Below are positions 1 through 12,188 of a DNA stretch of 64,000 nucleotides, piece by piece (the first letter of the stretch is position 1; every line of letters begins with the position of its first letter). Position numbers and translations under genes: made by a program. Origin of the DNA: Lytechinus pictus (Eukaryota). The notes below the pieces were generated by a model. It did not search any database. It was given only the letters and a program-made list of their open reading frames with translations, and was not told the origin of the DNA. The DNA lies in the NCBI RefSeq assembly GCF_037042905.1, contig NW_026974141.1, forward strand, positions 992,001 to 1,056,000, given 5' to 3'.

Positions 1-370
1 TTGAACGCTAGCCTGCAGAACCCCTTCATTTTTTATGAAATTATTGAAATTCAAGCCTTATTTCAAATAACCAGAACTTTGTTATTTCTTGACCATTTTC
101 TGTAATTGAGGTATCAAATTAAAGAGCAGCTATTGAACTTTTTAGAAATGTGGTTTTCTTTTTGAAACCCAGATACAGCCCGCCAAATGACTTTTTGCTA
201 TCCCCTCTTCAAATTGTTTTTGCTCACTCATGCATGAATGAGAAAGAATCTAAGTAATTTTAGATGAAAGAGGAGATTCTGAGCTTTACAATGGTAGGTC
301 ATTTGTCTATTGTATCATTGTATGATAAATTATCGATAAATCTCGGTTTCGTTTTTTGTGGGACGCACTG
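1..370. mobile_element. Right end of a Tc1/mariner-like DNA transposon (left part outside window)
   Basis: Ends ...gtgggacgcactg followed by TA (371-372). The reverse complement starts CAGTG, the usual Tc1/mariner terminus. Partner TIR not visible. Confidence 0.45.
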
Positions 371-1094
371 TATAACGATCATGGCCCCTTAACTGCCCCC
401 CTAACCTCCATCTTCCTTGTTATTTGACAAGAGAAATTAAAGAAATAGGAATAGTTTTTTATTATCCTTCTCTTATGCCCCCACCTCCCGACCATTTTGT
501 GTGTATTCTTCAATCTTTACTTACCTCCCTCTTATTTTTCCTACTGAGGCCTACATAAATCGTTTGCTTTTAGTTTAAAGACTTGTGCTAACTTTGTGAG
601 TAATTTAAGAAATCACATTGTGATTTTTTTATAGTTTGAAATATTGGTCTAAAAGATTTAGGAAAATATTCATTTATAAATCAAAATAGGCATATTTACA
701 TAACAAGACCCCCCTTAAAAAGCCGTTAGCGGCATCAGGGGTCTATAGCACAGTTTTTTTTTTTTTTTTTTTACAGTGCCGTTGTAAACCGAGATTTTTG
801 AGGGGCAGATATGTCATAAAGAGCCAGAAATTTCTTTTAAAAAAAGCTGCAGGCGAGTGCAGCAAGCGATCCAACACTTTTTAATATAAAAATTTATTTT
901 TGTAATACATTTAACTTATTATTCAGAAAGTATATTTCACCCTCTTTTCCTTTCCCTCCCCATTTTCTCCTCTTCTTTTTCTATGTCCCGAAGATATGGG
1001 GGTCATTTGACCCCAAGTCCCTCGTCTGTTACCTATTTTCGTTCAGTAACCAATCGAAAGCAAGACTTCGTGGTATCATGGAAAAAATGATTAA

Positions 1095-1880
1095 AGGAGA
1101 ATGAAACCCTTGAAACCAGCTGAATCCATATAAAAGAGAAAAATCAAAGAAACATATTGTTGAAAGTTTGAGGAAGATTGAATGAATAATAATAAAGTTA
1201 TGAGCATTTGAATATTGAGATCACTAATGCCATGTAGATCGTCTCATTGGCAATGCGACCAAGATCTGTGATGTCACACACGTACAACTCCCTCATTACT
1301 TATTTAGTACTTATGTCACTTATATTCTCACTTTTATAGAGTCTATCACTAGGTGAGGTGTTCTCTTTATGAGAGGACAAGTACAGAGGTTTCACAACAT
1401 TATATCATTGATGAATCGTTTGTCATTATGATTAGAATGAGCAAAAAGAGATGTTTTGGGGTATATTTTCAGTGTCCAAAATTGGACAACTCTTGCCTTT
1501 TGGACACTGAAAATGTACCCCAAAACATCTCTTTTTGCTCATTCTAATCATATGACAAACGATTCATCATTGATATAATGTTGTGAAACCTCTGTACTTG
1601 TCCTCTCATAAAGAGAACACCTCACCTTGTGATAGACTCTATAAAAGTGAGAATATAAGTGAAATAAGTACTAAAGTAATGAGGGAGTTGTACGTGTGTG
1701 ACATCACAGATCTTGGTTGCATTGCCAATGGGAGGATCTACATGGCATTAGTGATCTCAATTTTCAAATGCTCATAACTTTCTTATTATTCATTCAATCT
1801 TCCTCAAACTTTCAACAATATGTTTCTTTGATTTTTCTCTTTGATATGGATTCAGCTGGTTTCAAGGGTTTCATTCTCCT
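1095..1880. mobile_element. Palindromic non-autonomous DNA transposon, Kolobok-like (TTAA TSD, AGG...CCT ends)
   Basis: TTAA at 1091-1094 and 1881-1884. About 385-bp near-perfect inverted arms (aggagaatgaaaccc...gggtttcattctcct) around a ~16-bp spacer at about 1482-1497. Confidence 0.8.
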
Positions 1881-2248
1881 TTAAGGCCTAACAAATTTTA
1901 TGAAATGGGAACCCCTATTCCTCTATGTCTTAATTAGTTTTTGATTGGTGGAAACATTCGACCAATCAATTTCATCACTCTACGTGTATTACGTCATATC
2001 ACACTATGCGCCTTGCGCAATTCGCGCGCGCGCATCATACATTTTGGCATGCGCCGCGCCAATTATAATTTTAATTGAGTCGACAAAATTTTCAAATTCC
2101 ATTCAAATTGCGTTGACTTTGTGCTAGGACAGGGCAATGTTTTTCGTTCATTAATTTTTCTTCAAAATTGTTCAAACAGGATTCGTCCTTTAAAAAAAAT
2201 CGTTAGTAGTTTAAGGTGAACTTAACCTCATCTCTCGGCCGTGTAACC

Positions 2249-2573
2249 ATGACCGATGAAAGAGCACTTGATTCAAGTTTTGATCGAAATGGAAGAGTCG
2301 TCCAACTCCAAGAAAAGATTCTGAACAAAAATGCCAGCAATACCCAAGTCTACATCGACGACCGGCAGCATGGGCGGTTTGATGTCGCAAAGTTATCTGC
2401 TGCAGGGGACCAAGCCAAAGTCGAGACTGTAGTCGATGCTGGTCTTGACAAATTTTACGAGAACAATGCCAAGTTTAATGAAATATCTGGGTATGAGGAC
2501 ATGAGAGAACTGCTCAGCAGTGAAGATGCCCTCTCGGCTGGCTATTCAGGAGGGGAAGAAATATTTCTTGAAG
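2249..2573 (+). CDS. Gene A exon 1 (uncharacterised 782-aa protein)
   Basis: aaccATG context; open frame MTDERALDSS...EEIFLE; donor G|gtgagt, phase 1; CpG-rich patch upstream at about 2005-2060. Confidence 0.75.
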
Positions 2574-2629
2574 GTGAGTAAAAAGGGAAGTGAAGTGATT
2601 CATATGAATCCCACTCATGCCCGAAAGGA

Positions 2630-3225
2630 TGATAATATCATCGTTGTTGTTGTTGGTGGTGAAGATGGTGATATGATATCTGATATTAGTGTCTAGATCT
2701 AGTGATAATGATGAGGATGATGATATTAATGGTGGTGATGATGAGGACGATGATGATGATTATGATTAATGAAGATGGCGATGGTTATGATGAGCTTACT
2801 ATGGTGGTGGAGTCGGCGGCGATATAATGAAAAATATGAAAAGTAAGGGCTTTGGCCATGACGATGGTGATGGTATTGGTGCATGTTATGGTGATATTTA
2901 TTGGGAATGATGAGTGTGGTGATGGTTGTGATGATGACGAGGAGGATGACGATAATGGTGATGTCGAGGATCATTACGGAGATGATAATGATGAAAATTA
3001 GGTGGAGGAAGGAGAAAGAGAAGAAGAAGAAGAAGAAGACGACGACGACGAAGAAGAATAATAATAAGACGACGACGAATAGAAGAAGACGAAGAAGAAT
3101 AAGAAGGAAGAAAGAAGAAGAAAAAAGGAAAAAGAAGAAGAAAGTAGGAGGAGAATAAGAAGAAGTAAAAGTAAAAGAAGAGGATGGAAAGGAAGAAAAA
3201 GGGGTGGAAGGAAGTAAAAAATAAC
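2630..3225. repeat. Low-complexity (GAT/GGT)n then (GAA)n simple repeat in gene A intron 1
   Basis: Degenerate trinucleotide runs; these explain the poly-H/F/K/S ORFs in the track. Confidence 0.85.
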
Positions 3226-3298
3226 ACACAAAACAGGAGCAAACTCGTAAGAATAATCTTGACCTACCAAGCCTCAATACCATGTCCGTTACTTGTAG

Positions 3299-3505
3299 AT
3301 CATTCCCCGATGGACGAATCTGAGTCGACAGAGGATGAAGTCGATGATGATGTCGGCATTGATGTTACTTACAAAAAACGTCGTCAATGTGATGATCCAT
3401 CATCTCTCGTGGTCATTGGTCGTGGAATTCGTCTCCACACTCCTCCTCGTGACGAACCAATAGAGAAAGAAGAAGGAAGTCAACGACCACAACCGGAAGG
3501 AGAAG
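3299..3505 (+). CDS. Gene A exon 2
   Basis: Acceptor acttgtag|AT gives G+AT=Asp in frame (DHSPMDESES...QPEGE); donor G|gtgatt, phase 1. Confidence 0.7.
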
Positions 3506-3871
3506 GTGATTTTTCTTTAAAAGACCTATTGGTTTCGTTTTTGTTTTCATCCTCCTCCTCCCCTCCCTCCCCCACCTTCTTTCCAAGACCATTGATCGGT
3601 TATATTCGGGTTATCAATAAAACATTGCGATTGCGTTAAAATAATTTCCATCATTATTTTCTTGGGGTATCTTTCATTAATTGTTTATGCATTACGTCAA
3701 GAATATTTAAAAAAAAAAACTATTAATGACCCTACCTTATATCAGTGAATCCGAACTGCACAATATCGTCACTTCATTACACTGTCAGATGCAACACTTC
3801 CATATTACGCGGGAATTATATGTCAAAGCCCCGCCAACAGATCTATATTTCTCTCTTGTCACAACACTTAG

Positions 3872-4216
3872 CAGAATCTGACGCTTCCTCGCCTACAACA
3901 GACGATATCCAGATAGATCCTGAGATCTTCCTACCGACCCCATCGACACACCCGGAGTCCAAGCGAGCGGGATCGTCTCGACGTCCGACACTCAGTCCCG
4001 TCATCGAAGAAGACGTCCGTGAATACATGCAAACATGGCGTTACGAAGACGAGGACGATGGGCGCGAGGGTGATGTCGATTCTGGGGCTGGAGACTCGAC
4101 GTCGAACGTTGTAGAATCCGTCATCAACCTTGGTTCCGATGATGATTACGCCAACGAGATTTCGAGGGTTCTATCATCGGCAGCTGTAGATGCCGCACTC
4201 GCTGAGATTGATAATG
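3872..4216 (+). CDS. Gene A exon 3
   Basis: Tandem acceptor tagCAG (3872 or 3875, both in frame); AESDASSPT...AEIDN; donor G|gtaaat, phase 1. Confidence 0.75.
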
Positions 4217-4927
4217 GTAAATGTGGATTATGAGAAAACATATATTTTTTTATCCTGTCTCGTATTGATTCATATTAACCCATTTCCAATTACCACCTTA
4301 GATAATTAAATGAAGGATAATGAAGCGAAATAGATAAAACAAATTTTCAATGATGTCAACTACTTTAATTCCGGGGCGGCGCACCATGGCGAGGGGGGTC
4401 GACCACCCTAAGATTGTTCAAGTCCTAAAAAAAGTATATAAGAGTGAGAGAGAGAGAGAGAGAGAGAAGAGAGAAAAAATAAGCTTTTGAAAAGGGAAGA
4501 CAGAAGAAGGATGAATGACAAAAAGACAAGTGCGGGTCTTTAATACTCTGTTATATTATTTAATGGGGAAAATTATATCATTTTCATGGTTCCTTGCCTA
4601 CCCCACCCCCCCCCCCCTCCCATCTAAGCCCTGCGAGGATTGATGAATTAATAACTTTAGATTAACGTAACGATTAGACTTTCGAATACCCGAGTACTCG
4701 AGGAGTGAATAAACAGATGTTTTCTATAGATAAACGAAACAAATTATTATCAAGTAATTAAATAATTAGACAAAGAATCAACCGAATCACTATTTATGCA
4801 TTTTAAAATGGTTTATTTCATAAACAAGTAATTACAATAATAGAACTACAGAGACACAAATGACAACTATTAGTTTTGATGAAATTTATCAAATATTTTA
4901 AAAATAATTTCTTATGATTTTTTTCAG

Positions 4928-4999
4928 AAGAAGAAAAGATACGGCCACCAAAAAATCCGCCGACCGGATGCAACGAGGACTTGGATGATAGCTGTGATG
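4928..4999 (+). CDS. Gene A exon 4
   Basis: Acceptor ttttttcag; 72 nt, phase 1-1, EEEKIRPPKNPPTGCNEDLDDSCD; donor G|gtaacc; GC-richer island in an AT-rich intron. Confidence 0.7.
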
Positions 5000-5598
5000 G
5001 TAACCAATTCATGTATTTCATATATCTTTTCAAATTGTGAAATAAACCGAACATAACAAAAAGCAAAAATAAAAAATAAATTCATCATATGGCTCTGTGC
5101 AATTGCGTAAATTGAGGTCTTCTATGTTGAAATATTATAATCAATAATATATATTGATTAAAAATATTTATAGGCGCACAAGATATACCTTTTTCCCAAG
5201 AACTTTTCTCATATTTCTGGTGGTTCTCATTATCCTCCCGTCTCCCACCTCCACCCCTCACTCTTGTCTCTTGGCTAATACCGTCTGGAGACATGATTTT
5301 TAGTCAGATATTTTTTCGCTATTCTTAATAAATGTGCATTAAAAAGGGGCTTAGTTCCCAGCGATGATTCGAATGTCCTTTATTCTGAGGTTTGTTAAAT
5401 AGTTTATTATTGTTATTTTGGGTTTTTGATAATTTGATATAATAAAACAAATCATTAGAATGACTTTCACGACGTTTATTTGTGTTAGTTAATAAATAAG
5501 TAGAGGGTGTAGAGGTGTATATTTATTTTTAAAAAATCTTTATAAAATATTGTTGTCTTCGCTATTTGGTGAATGTTTCATTTATCTGTATTTTCTAG

Positions 5599-5807
5599 AT
5601 ATTGTCATCATTCTACCAGAGGCACAGGAATTAAACTACTACAACGTCCCAGTCGGGTGTAGTCTTGAGGACAGCCTCCAGGATGCGGCAAACGCACGGG
5701 CTCAGCTAGACGCACAGGCAGATTTCTTAGAGAATAGTCTTAATTGCCTGGAGACCACTCTAGATCGAATGTCACTCAATGAGGCCGTGATGCCAGACGG
5801 AAGTGTG
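5599..5807 (+). CDS. Gene A exon 5
   Basis: Acceptor ttttctag; DIVIILPEAQ...MPDGSV; donor GTG|gtgagt, phase 0. Confidence 0.75.
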
Positions 5808-6094
5808 GTGAGTATCATTGTCCATCTCATCATCGGGTTCATCCAGGGGCGGTACTACATAGGGGCAGGGGCGACCCCCTATGATTTCTGCTTAAAATAG
5901 TATTTAAAAAGGGGAAGAAGAGAAAATGGGGAAAAGGTACAAAAGGACAAAGAATATGCACAAGGAAAGGTCTGGTCCGTTTAACTTGTTCATAACCCTG
6001 TAATTAAGTTGGAAACAAAACCTGACGCCAAGTTATCTTGGCCCCCTCGACAGCCCGGCACCGCCATGGTATATCACACTATCCCTATCACTAT

Positions 6095-6661
6095 CTCTTG
6101 GAGCAAGTTAGCTTTTGTGAAAGCAGAAAAATCAAAAAATAAGATCAACAAAAGTTTGAGTAAAATAGGACTAGCAATAAAAGAGTTATGAGCATTTGAA
6201 TGTCGAGATAATGCTATGGAGATCCTCCCATTGGCAATGCGACCAAGATCTGTGATGTCACACACGTACAACTCTCCCATTTGGACACTGAAAATATACC
6301 CCAAAACATTTCTTTTTGCTCATTCTGATCATATGACAAACGATTCATCAATGATATAATGTTGTGAAACCTCTGTACTTGTCATCTCATAAAGAGAACA
6401 CCTCACCTTGTGATAGACTCTATAAAAGTGAGAATATAAGTGAAATAAGTACTAAAGTAATGAGGGAGTTGTACGTGTGTGATATCACAGATCTTGGTCG
6501 CATTGCCGATAGGAGGATCTACATGGCACTAGTGATCTCAATATTCAAATGCTCATAACTTTCTTATTATTCATTCAATCTTCCTCAAACTTTCAACAAT
6601 GTGTTCCTTTGATTTTTCTCTTTGATATGGATTCAGCTGGTTTCAAGGGTTTCATTCTCCT
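6095..6661. mobile_element. Second, asymmetric and left-truncated member of the 1095-1880 Kolobok-like family
   Basis: About 6281-6661 is nearly identical to 1500-1880 and ends cct|TTAA. The left part is a shorter, diverged arm lacking the terminal bases. Confidence 0.75.
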
Positions 6662-6977
6662 TTAAATTCATTATCTCGTATCATTTCATATTCCATTTCA
6701 TATCATTCCTTATAGCCTTTTTTATCTCCTACTCACGATCGTTGACATTAACATCATCGCCATAATCATCACCATCATTATTACCACCACCGTCATCAAG
6801 ATCATCATCATCATTATCATCATCACAAACATCCACTCTAGTTCGTAACCGTTTTAAAGCAAAGTCTAATTTCAAACTAAAGCAGATGCTCGAGCATTGA
6901 CTTCCTAATTTTGACGCCATCTTTTTTACGTCTTTCTCTTGTGTGTCACTCGCACCAATCACGTACGTTCATCCCTC

Positions 6978-9900
6978 CAACTCAGTGTAAAAAGTGGGCG
7001 GAGCTTAATCGGATTTTCGGGCCTAGCAACCCTGTTAGCAACGCCTGTTAGCATCGTTTGGCTCAATCTCCATAATGTCTGCGATATTAAAATCCTACAA
7101 ACTGATGGAATTATTCAAATTTAGTAAGGCTATGAATGTTTATCATTTACACTGACTATCGGTGTACAAACTCATACCGAATTTAAAGGCAATTGCCGGT
7201 TATATTACGAATTATCAGTCATTTTGATGAGTGATGCAAAGTGCCAAAATTTATGAAAATATAGCGTAAATTTTATATAGCATTTCAAAATCCTTATTTT
7301 CAATATCCCCATAATTTTTTGTTGTTTTAAAAAATATCTTATTACATTTACCAGAATTTTCCCGACCTGATAACGTTAATAGATTACTGTTTCTCGGCTT
7401 TATGAGGAAATGCCAGACCTTCAAAATCAGGTTAATTTTTGTTATATTTCTAACAGAAAATTGTTAGATTCGAACTACTATACCAACTTTACGCCCGAAG
7501 GAGGGTTATCATCTCGTATTGTTGTGTAAATGATACATAGCAATTCATTTTAGGAGTGTATTAATCCATGTTAGATAATCTTTTTCACGATGAGTTTTGT
7601 AATGAAGATAAAAAATCAAGTTCATTCTTGGCACGCGAGCCGCAGAATGATAAATTTTAGCGTGCGCAGACGGGGCTGATCCCTAGTGTGTCGGACGGGA
7701 TTATCTAGTCCCATACTGGCCATGCTGGTTTCGGGTGGTATATTCTACGTACATTTTCCCCTTGCGATGACCACTGTCCAGTGTTATAGTGCTTAATGTT
7801 GATACTTAATCTGTGAAATGAATAGTTTACCGATATCTAAAAATGCTCTAATATACCTGACACATGATTGATCTCATTTTCGACTTTTATTATTTCTTTC
7901 GACGTGCATGAATTACAAAAAGTCAATCTTAGAATGTGTACATTGACTGTATATACTCTAGTTAAAAATGAAAGAATTGTCAAGGCTTGGGAAATATCGT
8001 GTTAAGTTTGCCCAATGTCATGAGTATCTCACTGTATGTTAAACAGATCACAGAATGACTGTAAACTTTGTAAATTCCACGGCTGCCTCCACGAACTGGG
8101 ACATGAAGACGACATGGCGGCTCCTGATTTGTTAAAATAAAAATGATGGCAATATTTACAACAATTTTGAATCATACAACTGCGATAAACCAGGCTCTCG
8201 TGATTCGGCGGATAGTCCCTATAACCATTGCAAGAAAGCAAAACATAATTTCGTAATGACCTGGGCTGATTGGCACTTTGCGAGAAATGTCTCGTTTTTA
8301 TACTTTCGGCCATGCAATCTAAAGCACTTTAAAAAAAATCTTTCTAACAGTAGTTTATTAATTTTAAGAATTAAAAAAATGTAGTTTCTGTGTTGAAAAC
8401 GGAGGGAAGATTAGAGAAGCCTTTCGGCTCTCAATCCAGCTCCTCTTCCTCCTCCTTTTGTATATACCATCCCTTTATCTTTCTTATTTCTAATAGTAAT
8501 TCCTGTTTTTATCGTGTAAATATTAAGTTTTTACCTTTTATCATAATGGGATCCTACTATAAGCTTTCCAGCTGTCCGAGATTACTGATTTTAATGCTAC
8601 TGTATTTTATTTTGGTGACTGTATTCAATACAGTCAATAAATTGATTTTATTAGCCAATCTGGCTAAACAAATTCAATTCATCGATCAATCAGTCAATTT
8701 TCTGCTGGTCCCATTAGCCCCCTTTCTCTGCTACTGACTATAGGTGATAGAGGGAGGGGGGGGGGGAATAATCATCATCTCACCGTGCTCACTGCCGCCC
8801 CAGACAAGTGTGTTTGATATATTTTAATTGCAAGGGCTTCTCCTCCTCCTTCTATATCTCCCTGTTCTCTCTTTCTTTGTTTTTGCTTTTATATATCTCA
8901 AAGATCAGCTCTCCCTATTTAAATTTCCACTGTCTTCTATTATTCATTCCCTCCTGTTATGGTCAAGCTTCCTCAAATAAAGCTTGCCCTAATAATATTT
9001 GCCCCTCTGTCATTCTACCGGCCTGCAATCTCCTTTTGGCCCCTTAATTCTTTTTTTCTCTCGGCCTCGACCCCTCCCCAATCTATTTCATCCAACCCTT
9101 TTCACTCCCCCAACTCACCATGATTATAATTTATAATCACAAGAGCCTGGTAAAATAGGCATATTGAAGGTCTTACTTTCATTTTAACAAATAATTTGAG
9201 TGCCCCCCCCCCGGCGGTCATGCAGGTCGGCTTCATATGTTCCATAATGGTGTAGGCGGTCGTGGAATTTACAAAACATATAGTTGTTTTATATTTTCTG
9301 TTTAACATATACCGAGATGCTGATGACATTGGACAAACTTAACACGATATTTCCCAAACCTATATTTTAACTATACAGTCAATGTTCTTGACATCAAGTT
9401 GACTTATTGTAATTAAGGAAAGAAATAATAATCACCGAAAATGAAATAATTTATGTGTCAGGTATATTCCAAGCATTTTTAGACATCGGTAAAGTATGAA
9501 TTTCATAGACTGAGTATCAAAATAAAACACTTAAACTGCACAGTGGTCATCGCGAGGGGAAAAGGTACGTAAAATATACCACCTGACTCCAGTATCGGAC
9601 TGGATAATCTGAACGGACAGCCAGGGCGATCAGCCTCGTCTGCACACGCTAAAATTTAGCATTATGCGGCTCGCGTGCTAAGAATGAACTTGATTTGTCA
9701 GTTCATTACGTAACTCATCGTGAAAAATGTTATCCAACATTGATTGCTACACTCGTAATATTTAATGTTATGTACGATATACACAAAATTATGAGATGAT
9801 AACCCTTCTTCGGGAGAACAATGGTATAGTAGTTCGAATCTAACTATTTTCTTTTAGAAATATAACAAAAAACAACCTGATTTTGAAGGCCTAAAATTTT

Positions 9901-10332
9901 CTTATGAATGATGGAGAAAATAAGCTACCAACGTTACCAGGTCGGGAAAATTCTATTTAATGTATTAAGATATTTTTTAAAACAACAAAAAATTATGGGG
10001 ATATTGAAAATAAGGATTTTGAAATGCTATATAAAATTTACGCTATATTTTCATAAATTTTGGCATATTGTATCACTCATCAAAATGACTGGTAATTCGC
10101 TTTCTTACACACACTTGCTTATAATTTCGATATAGGTTGATACACCGATAGTCAATATAAATGATAAACATTCATAGTCTTACTAAATTTAAACGATTTC
10201 ATTAGTTTTTAGGATTTTAATATCGCAGACAATTTGGAGAGTGAGCAAGAAGATGCTCGTAAGCGTCGCTAACAAGACTGTTAGGCGACCTACCGCGAGA
10301 GGGCTTTTATAATGGCGGGCTCCACTGAGTTG
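6978..10332. mobile_element. Foldback-like non-autonomous element with ~1.2-kb imperfect inverted arms, in gene A intron 5
   Basis: CAACTCAGTG at 6978 pairs with CACTGAGTTG ending 10332. Colinear inverted similarity runs inward to accaggctctcgtgatt (about 8205) versus aatcacaagagcctggt (about 9135). No TSD or coding remnant seen. Confidence 0.65.
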
Positions 10333-10619
10333 ATACATAGCCTATAGGCGGTTCACGTACGTGCAATGAAACCGACTATCAAAGCTAATACATCACTTTG
10401 AATGGCGAATAATATTCGATTTGAGGTCCGTTTTGTTGAAGTGACTTGGTCATTAAATCAACATTTGGAACTGGGTTAAAGTTTTCTGCTTACTTTTCTT
10501 CTCTTCCCTTTCTTCTTCTTTCGTTCTTTTCTCTCTCTTCTTTCTTTTTATTTGGAAATTGTGTTTAATAAAACTTGCTCCTCTTGTCTCTTTTCTTCTC
10601 TCTTCTATTTCGAATGGAG

Positions 10620-10719
10620 GTGTTCCTGAGAGATCAGCTGAGAAAGGCAAAGACCGGTCACCTCTTGAGAGCTTGGGAAAGGACAAAAGATCAACCAGCC
10701 GACGAGTATCTGTCATGTG
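10620..10719 (+). CDS. Gene A exon 6
   Basis: Long pyrimidine tract then gag|GTG; VFLRDQLRKAKTGHLLRAWERTKDQPADEYLSC; donor G|gtaaat. Phase 0 to 1 exactly bridges exons 5 and 7. Confidence 0.7.
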
Positions 10720-10765
10720 GTAAATACATTTTATGATGATGTATGTGAATGATACTGGTGACGAC

Positions 10766-11025
10766 NNNNNNNNNNNNNNNNNNNNNNNNNNNNNNNNNNN
10801 NNNNNNNNNNNNNNNNNNNNNNNNNNNNNNNNNNNNNNNNNNNNNNNNNNNNNNNNNNNNNNNNNNNNNNNNNNNNNNNNNNNNNNNNNNNNNNNNNNNN
10901 NNNNNNNNNNNNNNNNNNNNNNNNNNNNNNNNNNNNNNNNNNNNNNNNNNNNNNNNNNNNNNNNNNNNNNNNNNNNNNNNNNNNNNNNNNNNNNNNNNNN
11001 NNNNNNNNNNNNNNNNNNNNNNNNN
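10766..11025. other. Assembly gap (260 N) within a (GAT/GAC)n-like tract in gene A intron 6
   Basis: Run of N. Confidence 0.99.
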
Positions 11026-11100
11026 GAGGATGATGATGACTCCTAGTACTGCAGCCAATAAACTGTAACTTCTCGTTTTGTCCTTCGTAAATTAAATCAG

Positions 11101-11216
11101 CTGAATTGGAGACTCCTTTAGCCCAGATACAGAGGGAGCTATACCAGGAACAGATCAAGAGTTATAACACAGCCAACGAAGAGATGAGGACTGCAGTCAC
11201 ACAGGCAACATTGCAG
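11101..11216 (+). CDS. Gene A exon 7
   Basis: Acceptor aatcag|CT, phase 1; AELETPLAQIQRELYQEQ...QATLQ; donor CAG|gtaaat, phase 0. Confidence 0.75.
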
Positions 11217-11743
11217 GTAAATCAAAATGGCCATGCCCCCCCCAAAAAAAAAAAATGTAGAAATATTGACGACCCTGAAAAAAAAAGGAAAGGGAATGAA
11301 AAAGGGTGAAATACGATAATTTGTTCTGAATATTACGTCAATATCTACCAATAAATTACATTTTATATTTAAGAAAAAAAAGTTAAAATTTTTGCTTGCA
11401 CTTCAAATATTCAGGACTAAGAAAAAAAATACAGAAAACGATTGAAAAAGATAGGAAAATATGTAAGATATGATGTTAATTTATTAATATCACGTTAGAA
11501 TACAGATCACAAAATCAAGGTCACATTTTTTGCTCGCTCACTTTGCTCCCTCGGGATAAAAAAAAACGTTGCCACTGACACGACATGTAGTAACCCCTCT
11601 ATTTTGGGGTTCATTACGCAAATGTCCTTTGATTTTTGAAGTAAACAAAATATAGTATTTGATATAATTTTTTTTTTGGAGGGGGTGGTATTTTTTTCCC
11701 GCGCTCATTCCTCTAATAGAACACATAAATGTTCTTTATCCAG

Positions 11744-11933
11744 GAACAAGCTCTCCGTGGTCAGGCTCGCCAGGTCCAGCAGACGTACAACGGCCTGGAG
11801 CAGAACATCGCCAACCTATCCAATGAACTTGTTGGGCTCCAGAACAGACAACATCACTTGCAGAATGCTATGATGGAAGAACGGGTTGCAAAAGAGGCCG
11901 CACAGCGTGAACATGAGAGGATCTATCGCAGAA
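11744..11933 (+). CDS. Gene A exon 8 (coiled-coil-like)
   Basis: Acceptor tttatccag; EQALRGQARQVQQTYNGLEQNIANLSNELVGLQNRQHHLQNAMMEER...; donor A|gtgagc, phase 1. Confidence 0.8.
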
Positions 11934-12188
11934 GTGAGCTTTTTCTTTGGAATATAATTTTTGAAAAAAGATGTGATCATTTAAACGTGGAACGCATGTG
12001 ATTTTAACCAAACCGTTGTCTTTGAACATGTTATTTTCATCATTTGCTTATCGTGCTTCTGGTTCTGATCTTCCGAGTAAAACGCGCCCAAGATGTCATA
12101 GCTATTTCTGAAATATTTAGGAATAAGTTTTTAATGAGTTTTGCACAAAAAAAATGATATTTACCATTTAAACATTTTTGCCTAACAG

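Noticed and set aside
2726-3283. Overlapping poly-His/Phe/Lys/Ser ORFs on both strands
   Set aside because: By-products of trinucleotide simple repeats inside gene A intron 1.
10453-11158. ORFs spanning the N run, and a possible missing exon in the gap
   Set aside because: Gap artefacts. Exons 6 and 7 already join in phase, though a symmetric exon in the gap cannot be excluded.
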